Of a stretch of DNA of 64,000 bases, positions 31,616 to 41,512 are shown piece by piece. The notes under the pieces are model-generated. The model was not told the origin of the DNA. It did no database searches and worked only from the letters and a program-made list of their open reading frames with translations. Position numbers and translations under genes: made by a program. Position 1 is the first letter of the stretch; each line of letters begins with the position of its first letter. The DNA lies in NCBI GenBank assembly GCA_028825265.1, contig JAPKAM010000003.1, positions 3,547 through 67,546 of the forward strand, given 5' to 3'. Source of the DNA: Planctomycetota bacterium (GTDB lineage Bacteria; Planctomycetota; UBA8108; UBA1146).

Positions 31616-32276
31616 TTTCGATACCCGCGTCGACCAGTTGATTCGCCTGGTCAGAAAGCCGGCCCCACAAGGGGTCTTCAATCCATGGCGCGATCGGCAT
31701 GAGGAACTGGATCTTCCTCGCGCAGCGAAGATTCGATCCGACAACCTCGCTCATTATCTCCGAGCCCATCGGGGAGCCCAGGCGGTGCTGGTCGGCGAAG
31801 CCGCTGGCTGGGCCGGGTGCCGTTTCACCGGCATCCCCTTCACCGGAGAAAACCTGCTGGCCGGGTCGGAAGCGCTGGAATGGACCGCGGGACTTCCACT
31901 GAGAAGGTCATCGACTCGAGAAACGCCCTACAAGGAGCGCTCCGCCACCGTCGTCTGGGGAGAGATTGGCGGGGACCGACGAATCGTGCTGTGGAATGCA
32001 GTGCCATGGCATCCTCATCGACCTGGTGAACCACTGACCAACCGCAAGCCGACTCGTAGTGATCAGGAAGCAGGGCGAGTGATCCTGATGAAGTACCTGG
32101 AAATCTTCGACCAAGCGCAGCCGGTGGCGATCGGACGAGTCTCCCAGGAAGTGCTGGGAAAGATGGGCATCGAAGCAGAATACATCCGCCACCCATCGAT
32201 GGGTGGGCACCACCGATTCCGACAGGGTGTACGTCAACTACGAGGAGAGCTCACGCCTCCTTCACCCGTTCGATGA
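31602..32276 (+). CDS. Uracil-DNA glycosylase superfamily protein
   Basis: LVGEAAGWAGCRFTGIPFT, ERSATVVW, WNAVPWHP, IRHPSMGG. Confidence 0.85.
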   Translation: MSRSDFDTRVDQLIRLVRKPAPQGVFNPWRDRHEELDLPRAAKIRSDNLAHYLRAHRGAQAVLVGEAAGWAGCRFTGIPFTGENLLAGSEALEWTAGLPLRRSSTRETPYKERSATVVWGEIGGDRRIVLWNAVPWHPHRPGEPLTNRKPTRSDQEAGRVILMKYLEIFDQAQPVAIGRVSQEVLGKMGIEAEYIRHPSMGGHHRFRQGVRQLRGELTPPSPVR

Positions 32277-32820
32277 AATCTCCAGTCTCGGTGGAAATCT
32301 TGACCAGTTCTCCCTCGGTCACGTGGTTGGGAATCTTCACCTGAAGGCCAGTTTCAAGCGTTGCCGGCTTGAACACGTTATTGACCGAATCCCCCTTGAA
32401 CCCTGGCTCCGTCTCGGTGATTTTCAAGACCACGGATGGAGGGAGATCGACCGAGATCGATTTCTCCTCGTAGAAAGTCACCACCACACGCTCGTTGTGC
32501 TTCACGTACGGCATCAGATCGCCGACGAAGTCGGTATGTAACTGGTACTGCTCGAAATCTTGAGTATCCATGAAGACGAAGAAATCACCTTCGGGGTAAA
32601 GGTACTCACAGTCCTTCTTGTCGAGGTAGGCGGTTTCCACCTTGTCGGCAGATCGAAAGCGGTGGGTGATGTGGTCTCCCCGCTGAAGGTTCTTCAACTT
32701 CGCCTGAACGGCACCACCACCCTTGGAGAGTTTCTTTTGCTCCAGTTTCACACAGACCCACAGGGAGTCCTCAAATATGATGACCTGGCCTACTTTTAAC
32801 TGGGTCGCTGGAATACCCAT
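32251..32820 (-). CDS. efp: Elongation factor P with a non-canonical loop
   Basis: KLKNL, FRSADKVE, YLY, FMD..EQ, TEPGFKGDS..KPATLETG; loop reads KKLSKGG. Confidence 0.93.
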   Translation of the reverse strand: MGIPATQLKVGQVIIFEDSLWVCVKLEQKKLSKGGGAVQAKLKNLQRGDHITHRFRSADKVETAYLDKKDCEYLYPEGDFFVFMDTQDFEQYQLHTDFVGDLMPYVKHNERVVVTFYEEKSISVDLPPSVVLKITETEPGFKGDSVNNVFKPATLETGLQVKIPNHVTEGELVKISTETGDFIERVKEA

Positions 32821-32937
32821 CGATCCCTCTCCTCTCCTCGTGCACAAGCGCACGGTCGTTCGTTAATTCAAACCACTCGGGGAGCATACCACGAGCCTTG
32901 GGTGATGCGTATCTCGCAGGCACAGGGGCCAACGAAA

Positions 32938-34506
32938 TCAGCTGGATTCGGTGACCATTCCATCCCCGAGACCAGACTCCCCCTCCTTCGAAGCAATGAT
33001 GGCAGTGCCGACGGTGTCGCTCCAGACATTGACCACCGTCCGACACATGTCGAGGGGGCGATCCACAGCCAGCAGTAGCGCCGCACCTTCGAGCGGCAGT
33101 TTCAGAGCGCTGAGGATCGTCAACATCATCACCAGCCCTGCCGAGGGGATTCCAGCCGCACCGATGGAAGCCAGGAATGCCGCCATGACCACAGTCACCT
33201 GGGCACTGAAACTCAGTACGAAGTCACCCGCGCTGGCGTAATACTGGGCCAAAAACACCACTCCGATGCACTCGTACAGTGCCGTTCCGTCCATGTTCAC
33301 AGTGGCACCGAGTGGTGCGACAAAGGACGAGGTGCGATTCGAGACCCCACCACGCTTCTCCAGGGTGTTTAGGGTCGTGGGCAAGGTCATCGACGAAGAT
33401 GAGGTGGAGAAGGCGGTCATTAGCGCTGGGCTCATCGCGCGGACCCACTTCAGCGGGGAGACTCCTCCGACCACCTTCAAGAGCAGAGGTAACACCACGC
33501 AACTATGGATGATCAGTGCCAGCATCACCGTCAGCATGTATGCGCCGAGCGGTCTGAACACATCGAAACCGGTCTCGCCGATCACCTTCACCAGCAAGCA
33601 GAAAACCCCGTAAGGGACCAGCAACATCACCCACGAGGCCATCCTCATCACCACGTCAAAGGCGGCACCGAACAGATCGAGCATGAAGTTGCGCTGCTTT
33701 TCAGCAGCCTTGGTGATGAAGAAGCCAAAGATCAGCGAGAAAAAGATCACCTGGAGCATGTTGCCATTACCGGTGAAGGCATTGAATGCATTCTCCGGTA
33801 CCATTCTGCGCAGGATATCCAGCCAGTTTTCACTTCTCTGACCGAAGTCTGCATCGGGCGAGATACCGAGGCGTGCTCCGATGCCGGGCTGCAGAATGTT
33901 GACCAGCAGCATTCCAAGGCCGACAGCGAGAAACGATGTGGTGGCGTAGTAGCCGAAGGTACGACCGCCCATCCGGCCGAAATCTGATCCGCCTCCCAGG
34001 CCTGCCACTCCCGTCACAATCGAGGTCACCACCAGTGGCATAATCAACATCTTGAGCAATCTCATGAAGATATCTGCGATGAATTTAAATGGAGCGAGCC
34101 AACGCGCTCGAGTCGATTCTGGATCGAGAGCCACCAGTGCACTTCGCTTATCGCCAGAGAGCAGTTCGATGGTGACCACGCCTCCAGCACCGCGCTGCGC
34201 CAGGAACTCCTCCAGGGCTCGAGTGGATGTCGTATCCGTACCCTTCTCGTCATCCATGCCGGCGTTCATCGTGATGCGTTTCACCACATCACCCACCTGC
34301 AGCCCCTCGGATGCGTTCCTGCCCTTGGGAAGTTGATCCTGAAGCACAGCATCGACCCGAATTCCGACCGCCACTCCATCGGCGACCACCGGTTCCGGGG
34401 CAAACCTGGTCCCGACGCTGCCCGGTCCATCGGTGAATTGCTGGAGTCCAAAACCCACCACGACGCCTGCGATGAGCCAGATTAGAATCTTCCAATGCTG
34501 CTTCAT
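32938..34506 (-). CDS. Dicarboxylate/amino acid:cation symporter (DAACS) with a PDZ-like insertion
   Basis: FMRLLKMLIMPLV, AFSTSSSSMTLP, NMDGTALY, SIGAAGIP, DMCRTVVNV. Confidence 0.93.
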   Translation of the reverse strand: MKQHWKILIWLIAGVVVGFGLQQFTDGPGSVGTRFAPEPVVADGVAVGIRVDAVLQDQLPKGRNASEGLQVGDVVKRITMNAGMDDEKGTDTTSTRALEEFLAQRGAGGVVTIELLSGDKRSALVALDPESTRARWLAPFKFIADIFMRLLKMLIMPLVVTSIVTGVAGLGGGSDFGRMGGRTFGYYATTSFLAVGLGMLLVNILQPGIGARLGISPDADFGQRSENWLDILRRMVPENAFNAFTGNGNMLQVIFFSLIFGFFITKAAEKQRNFMLDLFGAAFDVVMRMASWVMLLVPYGVFCLLVKVIGETGFDVFRPLGAYMLTVMLALIIHSCVVLPLLLKVVGGVSPLKWVRAMSPALMTAFSTSSSSMTLPTTLNTLEKRGGVSNRTSSFVAPLGATVNMDGTALYECIGVVFLAQYYASAGDFVLSFSAQVTVVMAAFLASIGAAGIPSAGLVMMLTILSALKLPLEGAALLLAVDRPLDMCRTVVNVWSDTVGTAIIASKEGESGLGDGMVTESS

Positions 34507-34525
34507 CTTGAAACCCACTCTCAAT

Positions 34526-35821
34526 TCATGAAGTGATGATGGAACATGACAACTGATCGGGGATCAGGTGCTCCTGTAGCCGCTCTTCAACCTCTTTGGT
34601 ACTGATCTCTGCCAGCAGATCGACCACCTCGAAGGGGTCTCCGTCGAGGAAGCGAGTGCCGCAATAACTTCCAGCGATGTGCTCGAGCGAGTTGAATGCA
34701 CGCAGCAGGTATCCTATGGCAGAACGCCGCTGGCGTTCAATATCGGTAGGGTCGATACCCACCTTGCGAATCTGGCCGACCTCTTCACGAATGACTTCGA
34801 TCAGGCGATCCGGATCTGACGAATCTCCGCCAGTTGCGGAATGACCCACGTCCGAATGAATCTGGTATGAAGTCGAGAAGGAATCGTCGATCAAATCCTG
34901 GCGGTACAACATCTCGAACAAGGGGCCACTCTGTCCGAAGACGCATTCGAGCATCACTTCAGTGACCAGTTCCTTGCGCATCAATTCCCGACCCTGAATC
35001 CCCGGGTGAATATCCTTCCACCCCAATAACACCTTCGATCGGCCCACCTGCATCTGCTGGTGTACCAGCTCCTTGGCCGGGCCTTCAGGTTCCTCGGTGA
35101 GAATTTTCTCCACTGCCGGAGCCGGTCCAAGATCCTGTTCGGATAGCAACCGTCCTGCGGCCTCGAAGAAGGTCTCCTGATCCTCATCGGCGACGGCCAA
35201 CAGGATCATGTTTGATGGGTGGTAAAAGGTACTCCAACATCGATCCAACAGCTGTGGCGTGATCCCAGCGATGGTCTGCTCTGTTCCTGCGATGTCCTTG
35301 GCCACTGGATGGTTCTTGTAGAGGCCCGCCAACAAGTTGAAGTACACCCTCCAGCCAGGATTGTCGGCGTACATCCGAATCTCCTGGCCAATGATGCCCT
35401 TCTCCTTCTCGACATTTTCTGCAGTGAAATGGGGTTGCTGGACAAACCGCACCAGGTGATCGAGGCATGGAAAGAAACCATCGACACAGGAAAACAGATA
35501 GGTGGTGCCAACGAAGCTGGTGAACGCATTGGCACTGGCACCCAAGCGGCTGAATTGAACAAACGCATCTTCTTTGGGGCCCTCGAACATCTTGTGTTCC
35601 AGGAAGTGAGCGATTCCATCGGGCAACCGTTCTTCGGAGCCACCGTCGATTCGAAAACGATCATCGACGCTGCCGAAGCGAGTCGAAAAACATGCATATC
35701 GACGCAGGTATCCCGGCTTGCGACAAAAAGCAACGGTCGCACCACTGATATGAGTCCGCTCCACGACGCGCTCGCCGAGGGTTGCATTCTCGAGGATGAC
35801 TTCCTCGCCGATCCAGGTCAC
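34526..35821 (-). CDS. M16 metallopeptidase, YmfH-like (active subunit)
   Basis: PDGIAHFLEHKMF (HxxEH), ANAFTSF, EKEKGIIGQEIRMY, FYHPSNM. Confidence 0.92.
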   Translation of the reverse strand: MTWIGEEVILENATLGERVVERTHISGATVAFCRKPGYLRRYACFSTRFGSVDDRFRIDGGSEERLPDGIAHFLEHKMFEGPKEDAFVQFSRLGASANAFTSFVGTTYLFSCVDGFFPCLDHLVRFVQQPHFTAENVEKEKGIIGQEIRMYADNPGWRVYFNLLAGLYKNHPVAKDIAGTEQTIAGITPQLLDRCWSTFYHPSNMILLAVADEDQETFFEAAGRLLSEQDLGPAPAVEKILTEEPEGPAKELVHQQMQVGRSKVLLGWKDIHPGIQGRELMRKELVTEVMLECVFGQSGPLFEMLYRQDLIDDSFSTSYQIHSDVGHSATGGDSSDPDRLIEVIREEVGQIRKVGIDPTDIERQRRSAIGYLLRAFNSLEHIAGSYCGTRFLDGDPFEVVDLLAEISTKEVEERLQEHLIPDQLSCSIITS

Positions 35822-37116
35822 TGGGCCTCCTCCGGGGAAAGCAGGTAGATCAAGTCCGTATCGATTCGTTTCGCCGCTTCGATGACGCTCTCTCGAGTCA
35901 CCCTTGCCACTCGTTCGCGCAATCCCTCGATGGTCGGGTCTCGCCCCACCAGTCGCGAGACCAGATCAAACTCTGCCAGGGAGGAGGGCGAATCCTGGGT
36001 CATACTCAATCTTGAATCCCACGCATCGAGGGTCATCTGGAACTCATCGTCACTAAACTCGCCTCGCTTCACCACATCGATCTGCTCTAGGATGCTCTCT
36101 TGAGTCTGGATTGCGGTATCTCCGTCGATCCCAGCGTTGACCAGCATCAAACCAGAACTGCCATCGAAAAGGGAATTGACCGAGTAACAGAGACTCTGCT
36201 TCTCTCTCACCTGGGTGAAGAGACGCGAATGCGGAAAGCCGCCGATCACCCCGCTGGCGATCATCATCGACTCATGAAGGGGGTCGCCATGTCCGGTAGA
36301 AGTTCGAAACGAGATCACCAGATTGGCCTGCTGTCCCTGGAAGTGTTCCTCCAGTTTACGGACTTCCCCGGCACCCTTGCGCGGATAACGATCTGCAAGA
36401 GTCGCCGCTTCCTGACCGTGCCCGCCAAACAGGGGAAGCAACACTTCAGCCAGCGAATCTGACCGTGCTTCACCACTGAAATGTACGTACATCGGCGCAC
36501 TCTCGATGGTCTGTTGCCAGTCTGCGGTGACCGACTCCGGTGTCACATGCTCCAGCGACTCGATGGAGCCGTACTCATGGAAACGCCACGGCTCGTTCTG
36601 GCAAGTCTCCTCGATACAGCGCTGCATCGCCCAGGATCGCTTGTCGTCGAAGCGCCCCTCGATGCTTCTACGATGCTGGGACATCTCGGAACTGACGGTC
36701 TCTTCAGCAAACTGACCATCGACCAGATGCGGCTGCAGGATCACCTCGCAAATAAACTCGACGGCTTCGGCGAGAACTTGTTCTGTTCCAGGGAGGCGCG
36801 AATCCTCAGGGAATTCGGCGTTGATCGTGACGATCTGCCGCTGCCCTGCCCGGTCCACCGATCCGCCGATCCCAAGACCCCACAGTTCTTCACTTCTTCG
36901 ACTGATTTCCCTGAGCGAGGGAAAGGAGCGGGAGCCTCTCAGCAAGCAGGCGGGAACCAGGCAATTGCGAGCCGCTTGGGGCCCCATATCGTGGACCCAG
37001 GAGATCCTCAGGCGGCTCGTCTTCCTTCTCGCTTCCTTGCGGATGTGGAGCGACGCACCGGGAGCGATCTCACTCGTTTCGAAACCTGACCATTGGGATG
37101 AGTTTGCTCGGGTCAA
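35818..37116 (-). CDS. M16 peptidase-like, YmfF-like (inactive subunit)
   Basis: GGFPHSRLFTQVREKQSLCYS, NAGID; no HxxEH; 4-nt overlap with the partner gene. Confidence 0.88.
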   Translation of the reverse strand: MTRANSSQWSGFETSEIAPGASLHIRKEARRKTSRLRISWVHDMGPQAARNCLVPACLLRGSRSFPSLREISRRSEELWGLGIGGSVDRAGQRQIVTINAEFPEDSRLPGTEQVLAEAVEFICEVILQPHLVDGQFAEETVSSEMSQHRRSIEGRFDDKRSWAMQRCIEETCQNEPWRFHEYGSIESLEHVTPESVTADWQQTIESAPMYVHFSGEARSDSLAEVLLPLFGGHGQEAATLADRYPRKGAGEVRKLEEHFQGQQANLVISFRTSTGHGDPLHESMMIASGVIGGFPHSRLFTQVREKQSLCYSVNSLFDGSSGLMLVNAGIDGDTAIQTQESILEQIDVVKRGEFSDDEFQMTLDAWDSRLSMTQDSPSSLAEFDLVSRLVGRDPTIEGLRERVARVTRESVIEAAKRIDTDLIYLLSPEEAQ

Positions 37117-38201
37117 TGATCCTCCCCGCTCGAACTTCCGACCACTTGCTCGGAGAACTGAGTTCCAGTCTCCCCCAGCGCAGTTCGAATACTGTAAAGT
37201 TCGGGGACCAGTTTCTCGAACTGCTCGGGAGTCAACGCCTGACGCCCGTCGGAAAGAGCTTCAGACGGCTGGTCATGAACCTCGATGAGCACTCCATCGG
37301 CACCCGCGGCAACCGCAGCCTTGGCCAGCGACGGGACCCTGTAGGCCTCGCCACTACCGTGGGAAGGGTCGACAAATATCGGCAGATGGGTCCGCTTCTT
37401 CAGTTCAGAAATCGCCCCCAGATCGAGGACCACCTTGCGACTGGCAGCAGCGCAGCGGATCCCTCTTTCGCACAGGACCACCATCGAATTGCCACCACTG
37501 AGAATGTACTCTGCGGCCATCAACCATTCATCGATGGTCGAGGAAAAACCACGTTTCAAGAGCACTGGCGTCGAGGCCTGACCCAGTTCCTTCAGCAGTG
37601 AGTAATTGTGCATGTTGCGGCTTCCGACCTGAAGCATGTCGGCCACCTGACTGATTCGTTCGACGTCTCGCGGATCGAGCACCTCTGTGATGATCCCCAG
37701 GCCAGTTTGGTTGCGAACCTTCTCGAGAATCGGTAACGCATCCTTTCCCAGGCCTTGAAACGCATAGGGAGAAGTTCGAGGTTTGTAGGCTCCACCCCTG
37801 AACAGGTTGGCACCCGCGGCTTCGACCCGCCCGGCGATCCTCAGGGCTCGCTCCTCATCCTCGATGGCACAAGGGCCGGCGATGATCGTGAACTCTCCCT
37901 GGCCAATCGTCTGGCCTGCGACCTGGATCGGAGCACAGTCCGCCTCGTCATCCGGGGCCCAGTGCATCGCCGACTCGCCCAGCACGATCACCTTGTCGAC
38001 CCCTGGCCAACCGTCGATGGCAATCGTCTGCAGGGCGGCAATCTCACCTCGTAGTTCGAGGTATTGACGCTCGGCTCCATCCACCACCGAAACCGTCGCT
38101 CCTACCGACTCGAGCCGCTCACGGATCCGGCGTCGCCGAGTTGCGGGTAGCCCAGGGGCCAGTATCACGATCATTTCTGGATTGAAAGGGTTCGATTCCA
38201 T
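37113..38201 (-). CDS. aroF: DAHP synthase, type I-beta, with an N-terminal regulatory domain
   Basis: IAGPCAIE, RGGAYKPRTSPYAFQG, LLKRG, CERGIR, VDPSHG, IEVH. Confidence 0.93.
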   Translation of the reverse strand: MESNPFNPEMIVILAPGLPATRRRRIRERLESVGATVSVVDGAERQYLELRGEIAALQTIAIDGWPGVDKVIVLGESAMHWAPDDEADCAPIQVAGQTIGQGEFTIIAGPCAIEDEERALRIAGRVEAAGANLFRGGAYKPRTSPYAFQGLGKDALPILEKVRNQTGLGIITEVLDPRDVERISQVADMLQVGSRNMHNYSLLKELGQASTPVLLKRGFSSTIDEWLMAAEYILSGGNSMVVLCERGIRCAAASRKVVLDLGAISELKKRTHLPIFVDPSHGSGEAYRVPSLAKAAVAAGADGVLIEVHDQPSEALSDGRQALTPEQFEKLVPELYSIRTALGETGTQFSEQVVGSSSGEDH

Positions 38202-38318
38202 CAGTTCCTCATGCAACGCCGACCCGGCAGTGAGAGACAAAAAAAGAGCAGCGAGAACGCCCGTCAGCGGCGCTATAGAAGTACCACGAAGCACCTAGGG
38301 CTGGAAGCCAACCGCATC

Positions 38319-40103
38319 TCATTTGCGGTCGAAACGACGCTCCAACTCTTGCCAGGAGATGAACAATTCCGATGGTCGCCCGTGAGGGCAATTCCACGGC
38401 TGAAATGCCTGTTCTCGCCCTTTGACCAGATCCTCCTGAGCCTCTGGCGAGAGGGGCTGCCCCGCCTTCACCGCGGCCTTGCAGGCCATCGTCTGAAGCA
38501 ATCGTTCCCTCAGATCGGGGGGAGCGGCTCCAAAACTGCGAACCGATTCAAACTTGACCAAGACCTCCCGCAGCAAGTCGGCAGGATCACTCGATTCGAA
38601 TCCCTGGGGAACCGCACGCACCAGTGCCACGCCATCGCCAAACTCATCCGCTTCCAGTCCCAGTTCCGTCAGTGCCTGCTTGTACTCGACAAACAGGGAC
38701 CACTGATCGGGATCGAGCGGCACCGGCTCCGGCACCAGCAATCCTTGACAGAGGGTTCCTTGCTCTCGAGCGGCGAGAATTTTCTCATATAGGATCTTCT
38801 CATGGAGCGCATGCTGATCGATGACTCGTAGACCATCCGATTCTTCAAGGACCAAAAACGAGTCTCGCACCTGAAAAACCCGGACCGAATCGGAAACCAG
38901 GTTAGGGCGCTCCACCAGTGCCTCCCTCGATCCAGAGGTCGACGAATCTCCAGCGGACAGCGGATCTCCAGTGGCCAGCGGATCTCCATAGGAAGCCACA
39001 CGCTCGACCACGCGGTCGGCACTGACACCCGCAGATGCCACCGCGATTTGCCCAGCAGCCGGGATTAAATCTGGCAACGCCGAATCTTCCAGCGGCAAAT
39101 TGGGAACCGAACCAGCCGTCTCGAGAGCACTACGGATCGCCCGCCTGATTCTTCGGTGAACACCTTCTCGATCCCGAAATCGAACTTCCAGTTTCGATGG
39201 GTGCACATTGACATCGACTTCAGCAGGGTCGAGTTCGACCCCAACCACTGCGATCGGATACTGCCCTGGAATCTGAAAACCACGGAACCCTTCACGTACC
39301 GCATGCTGAAGCACCCGATCTCGAAGAGGTCTCCCGTTGAGAAAGGTCCAAATTCCATCGCCATTTCTGCGCTGGAGATCGGGACGCGCCACCCATCCCG
39401 ACACGCCGTCATCACTGGAGACCGAGATCATCCGGGTTCCGACATCCGATCCCAGCACCTCAGAGATTCGCTCTAAGAGCGATTGGTCTGCCGGGTACTT
39501 GAGTACTGTTCTTCCGTCGTGAGTGAGGGAAAAACCGACGGTGGGATGAGCTAGCGCTGCACCCTTGAGGGCTGCCGAGCAACGAGCCACCTCTGCCGAA
39601 CTGGCCTTGAGAAACCTGCGTCGCGCGGGCACTGCGGAGAACAGGTCCTTGACCGAAACTCGGGTACCCGGCCTCATGGCGACTGGCGATTGAGACTCGA
39701 TCTTTCCATCACTGCCATGAACACGGTGGGCCACGTCCTCTTTGATTGTGCGAGAAGCGATCTCCACCGTGGCCACCGATGCGATGCTGGCGAGCGCCTC
39801 ACCTCGAAATCCCAAGGTCAGGATTCGGTGCAGATCTTCGGCCACTTTCAACTTGGAGGTCGCATGACTCTCGAGCGCCAACGGAAGTTGCGTCGGCTCG
39901 ATCCCTTGACCATCGTCGGTCACTTGGATCAGGCGCTTTCCCCCGTCCTGGAGTTCGACATCGATCAGAGAAGAGCCCGCATCCAGAGAGTTCTCGACCA
40001 GTTCCTTGACCACCGAAGACGGTCTCTCGACCACTTCTCCTGCGGCGATCTGATCGACCAACAGCGCTGGCAACTTGATGATCTGGTTCCCTGATGGCTC
40101 CAT
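38319..40103 (-). CDS. mutL: DNA mismatch repair protein MutL
   Basis: IAAGEVVERP, GFRGEALASI, DQHALHEK, ACK, CPHGRP. Confidence 0.97.
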   Translation of the reverse strand: MEPSGNQIIKLPALLVDQIAAGEVVERPSSVVKELVENSLDAGSSLIDVELQDGGKRLIQVTDDGQGIEPTQLPLALESHATSKLKVAEDLHRILTLGFRGEALASIASVATVEIASRTIKEDVAHRVHGSDGKIESQSPVAMRPGTRVSVKDLFSAVPARRRFLKASSAEVARCSAALKGAALAHPTVGFSLTHDGRTVLKYPADQSLLERISEVLGSDVGTRMISVSSDDGVSGWVARPDLQRRNGDGIWTFLNGRPLRDRVLQHAVREGFRGFQIPGQYPIAVVGVELDPAEVDVNVHPSKLEVRFRDREGVHRRIRRAIRSALETAGSVPNLPLEDSALPDLIPAAGQIAVASAGVSADRVVERVASYGDPLATGDPLSAGDSSTSGSREALVERPNLVSDSVRVFQVRDSFLVLEESDGLRVIDQHALHEKILYEKILAAREQGTLCQGLLVPEPVPLDPDQWSLFVEYKQALTELGLEADEFGDGVALVRAVPQGFESSDPADLLREVLVKFESVRSFGAAPPDLRERLLQTMACKAAVKAGQPLSPEAQEDLVKGREQAFQPWNCPHGRPSELFISWQELERRFDRK

Positions 40104-40113
40104 CGACACTCCG

Positions 40114-40980
40114 TCATTCTTGTAGTTTACACGCCTCAAAACGAACTGCTCCCTCGAGTGTATTCTCGAGCAACTTCGCCACAGTCATCGGACCAACGCC
40201 ACCCGGCACCGGCGTGATGTAGCCGGCGCGTTGACTGGCGGCATCGAATTCCACATCTCCGACGATCGAACCATCCTCGATCCTATTGATCCCCACATCA
40301 ATCACCGCTGCTCCTGGCTTGATCCATTCGCCGCGTATCATCTCTGGACGACCCACCGCTGCCACCACCACATCCGCTCGCCCGATGTGTGCGGCCAGAT
40401 CCTTGGTCTTCGAGTGACAGATCGTCACCGTTGCTCCTTCTGCAAGCAACAGTTGAGCGACCGGCTTTCCAACGATGTTGGATCTCCCCACCACCACAGC
40501 ATCGGCTCCCTGCAGCGTGACGCCGGCAGTGTGGAGTAGATCGATACATCCAAGAGGGGTACAGGGGACAAAAGTCGGTTGCCCGACCGCAAGCCGCCCA
40601 GCATTGACCGGATGGAATCCATCGGCGTCCTTGTCTGGAGAGATCCTCAACAACAAGGGTTCAGAATCGAGGTGCGAAGGCAAAGGTAACTGGAGCAATA
40701 TTCCGTGCACTTCGGGATCCTCATTGAGTTGATCGATGAGTTGTTCCAGTTGCTGCTGGGTCGCGTCCTTGGAGAGTTGGTGATGAAAGGAGCGGATACC
40801 GGTCCTGGCACAGGCTCGCTCCTTGTTTTTCACATAAACGGCACTGGCAGGATCTTCACCCACGAGAATCACTCCGAGCCCCGGAGGGTGACCGGTCGCG
40901 ACCTGGAAGTCGTGCACCCGCCCCTTCAGTTGCTTGCGGATCTCTTTCGCCCTTGCCTTGCCATCGATGATCTGTGCCAT
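40114..40980 (-). CDS. folD: Methylenetetrahydrofolate dehydrogenase/cyclohydrolase
   Basis: IIDGK, YVKNK, PCTP, GRSNIVGKP, TPVPGGVGPMT. Confidence 0.97.
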   Translation of the reverse strand: MAQIIDGKARAKEIRKQLKGRVHDFQVATGHPPGLGVILVGEDPASAVYVKNKERACARTGIRSFHHQLSKDATQQQLEQLIDQLNEDPEVHGILLQLPLPSHLDSEPLLLRISPDKDADGFHPVNAGRLAVGQPTFVPCTPLGCIDLLHTAGVTLQGADAVVVGRSNIVGKPVAQLLLAEGATVTICHSKTKDLAAHIGRADVVVAAVGRPEMIRGEWIKPGAAVIDVGINRIEDGSIVGDVEFDAASQRAGYITPVPGGVGPMTVAKLLENTLEGAVRFEACKLQE

Positions 40981-41008
40981 CCGTTGATTCCTCCCGGAAA
41001 ATATCGGT

Positions 41009-41503
41009 TCAGCGAGTCCAGTCTCCACTGCGACCACCCGACTTTGCGAGCAACCGCACATCACAAATCTCCATCCCTCGATCGACCGCCTTGCACATGT
41101 CGTAGATGGTCAACAAACCGACCGAAACTGCTGACATTGCTTCCATCTCGACGCCAGTGCGCGCCGAGACTCGTGTCGATACTGACATCCGGATCCAGCC
41201 GCGCTCCCCATCTTCGCCATCTTCGACTTCCACGGTGACATGATCGAGCGCCAGCGGATGACAGAGAGGTATCAAGTTCGAGGTCTGCTTTGCACCCTGG
41301 ATGGCTGCGAGTCTCGCCACCGCCAGTACATCCCCTTTCTCCACCTCACCATCGATGATCTGACGCAAGGTCGAGAGTTGCATCCGGATCACACCCTCTG
41401 CAACAGCACGACGATCGGTCACCGCTTTGTCGCCGACATCGACCATCCGTGCGTGGCCCTCGGCATCGGTATGTGAAAGTTGAGGTTTTCCTTCGGCGGA
41501 CAT
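41009..41503 (-). CDS. moaC: Cyclic pyranopterin monophosphate synthase
   Basis: MVDV, LIPLCH, TGVEMEA, YDMCKA. Confidence 0.97.
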   Translation of the reverse strand: MSAEGKPQLSHTDAEGHARMVDVGDKAVTDRRAVAEGVIRMQLSTLRQIIDGEVEKGDVLAVARLAAIQGAKQTSNLIPLCHPLALDHVTVEVEDGEDGERGWIRMSVSTRVSARTGVEMEAMSAVSVGLLTIYDMCKAVDRGMEICDVRLLAKSGGRSGDWTR

Positions 41504-41512
41504 CTCGATCTC

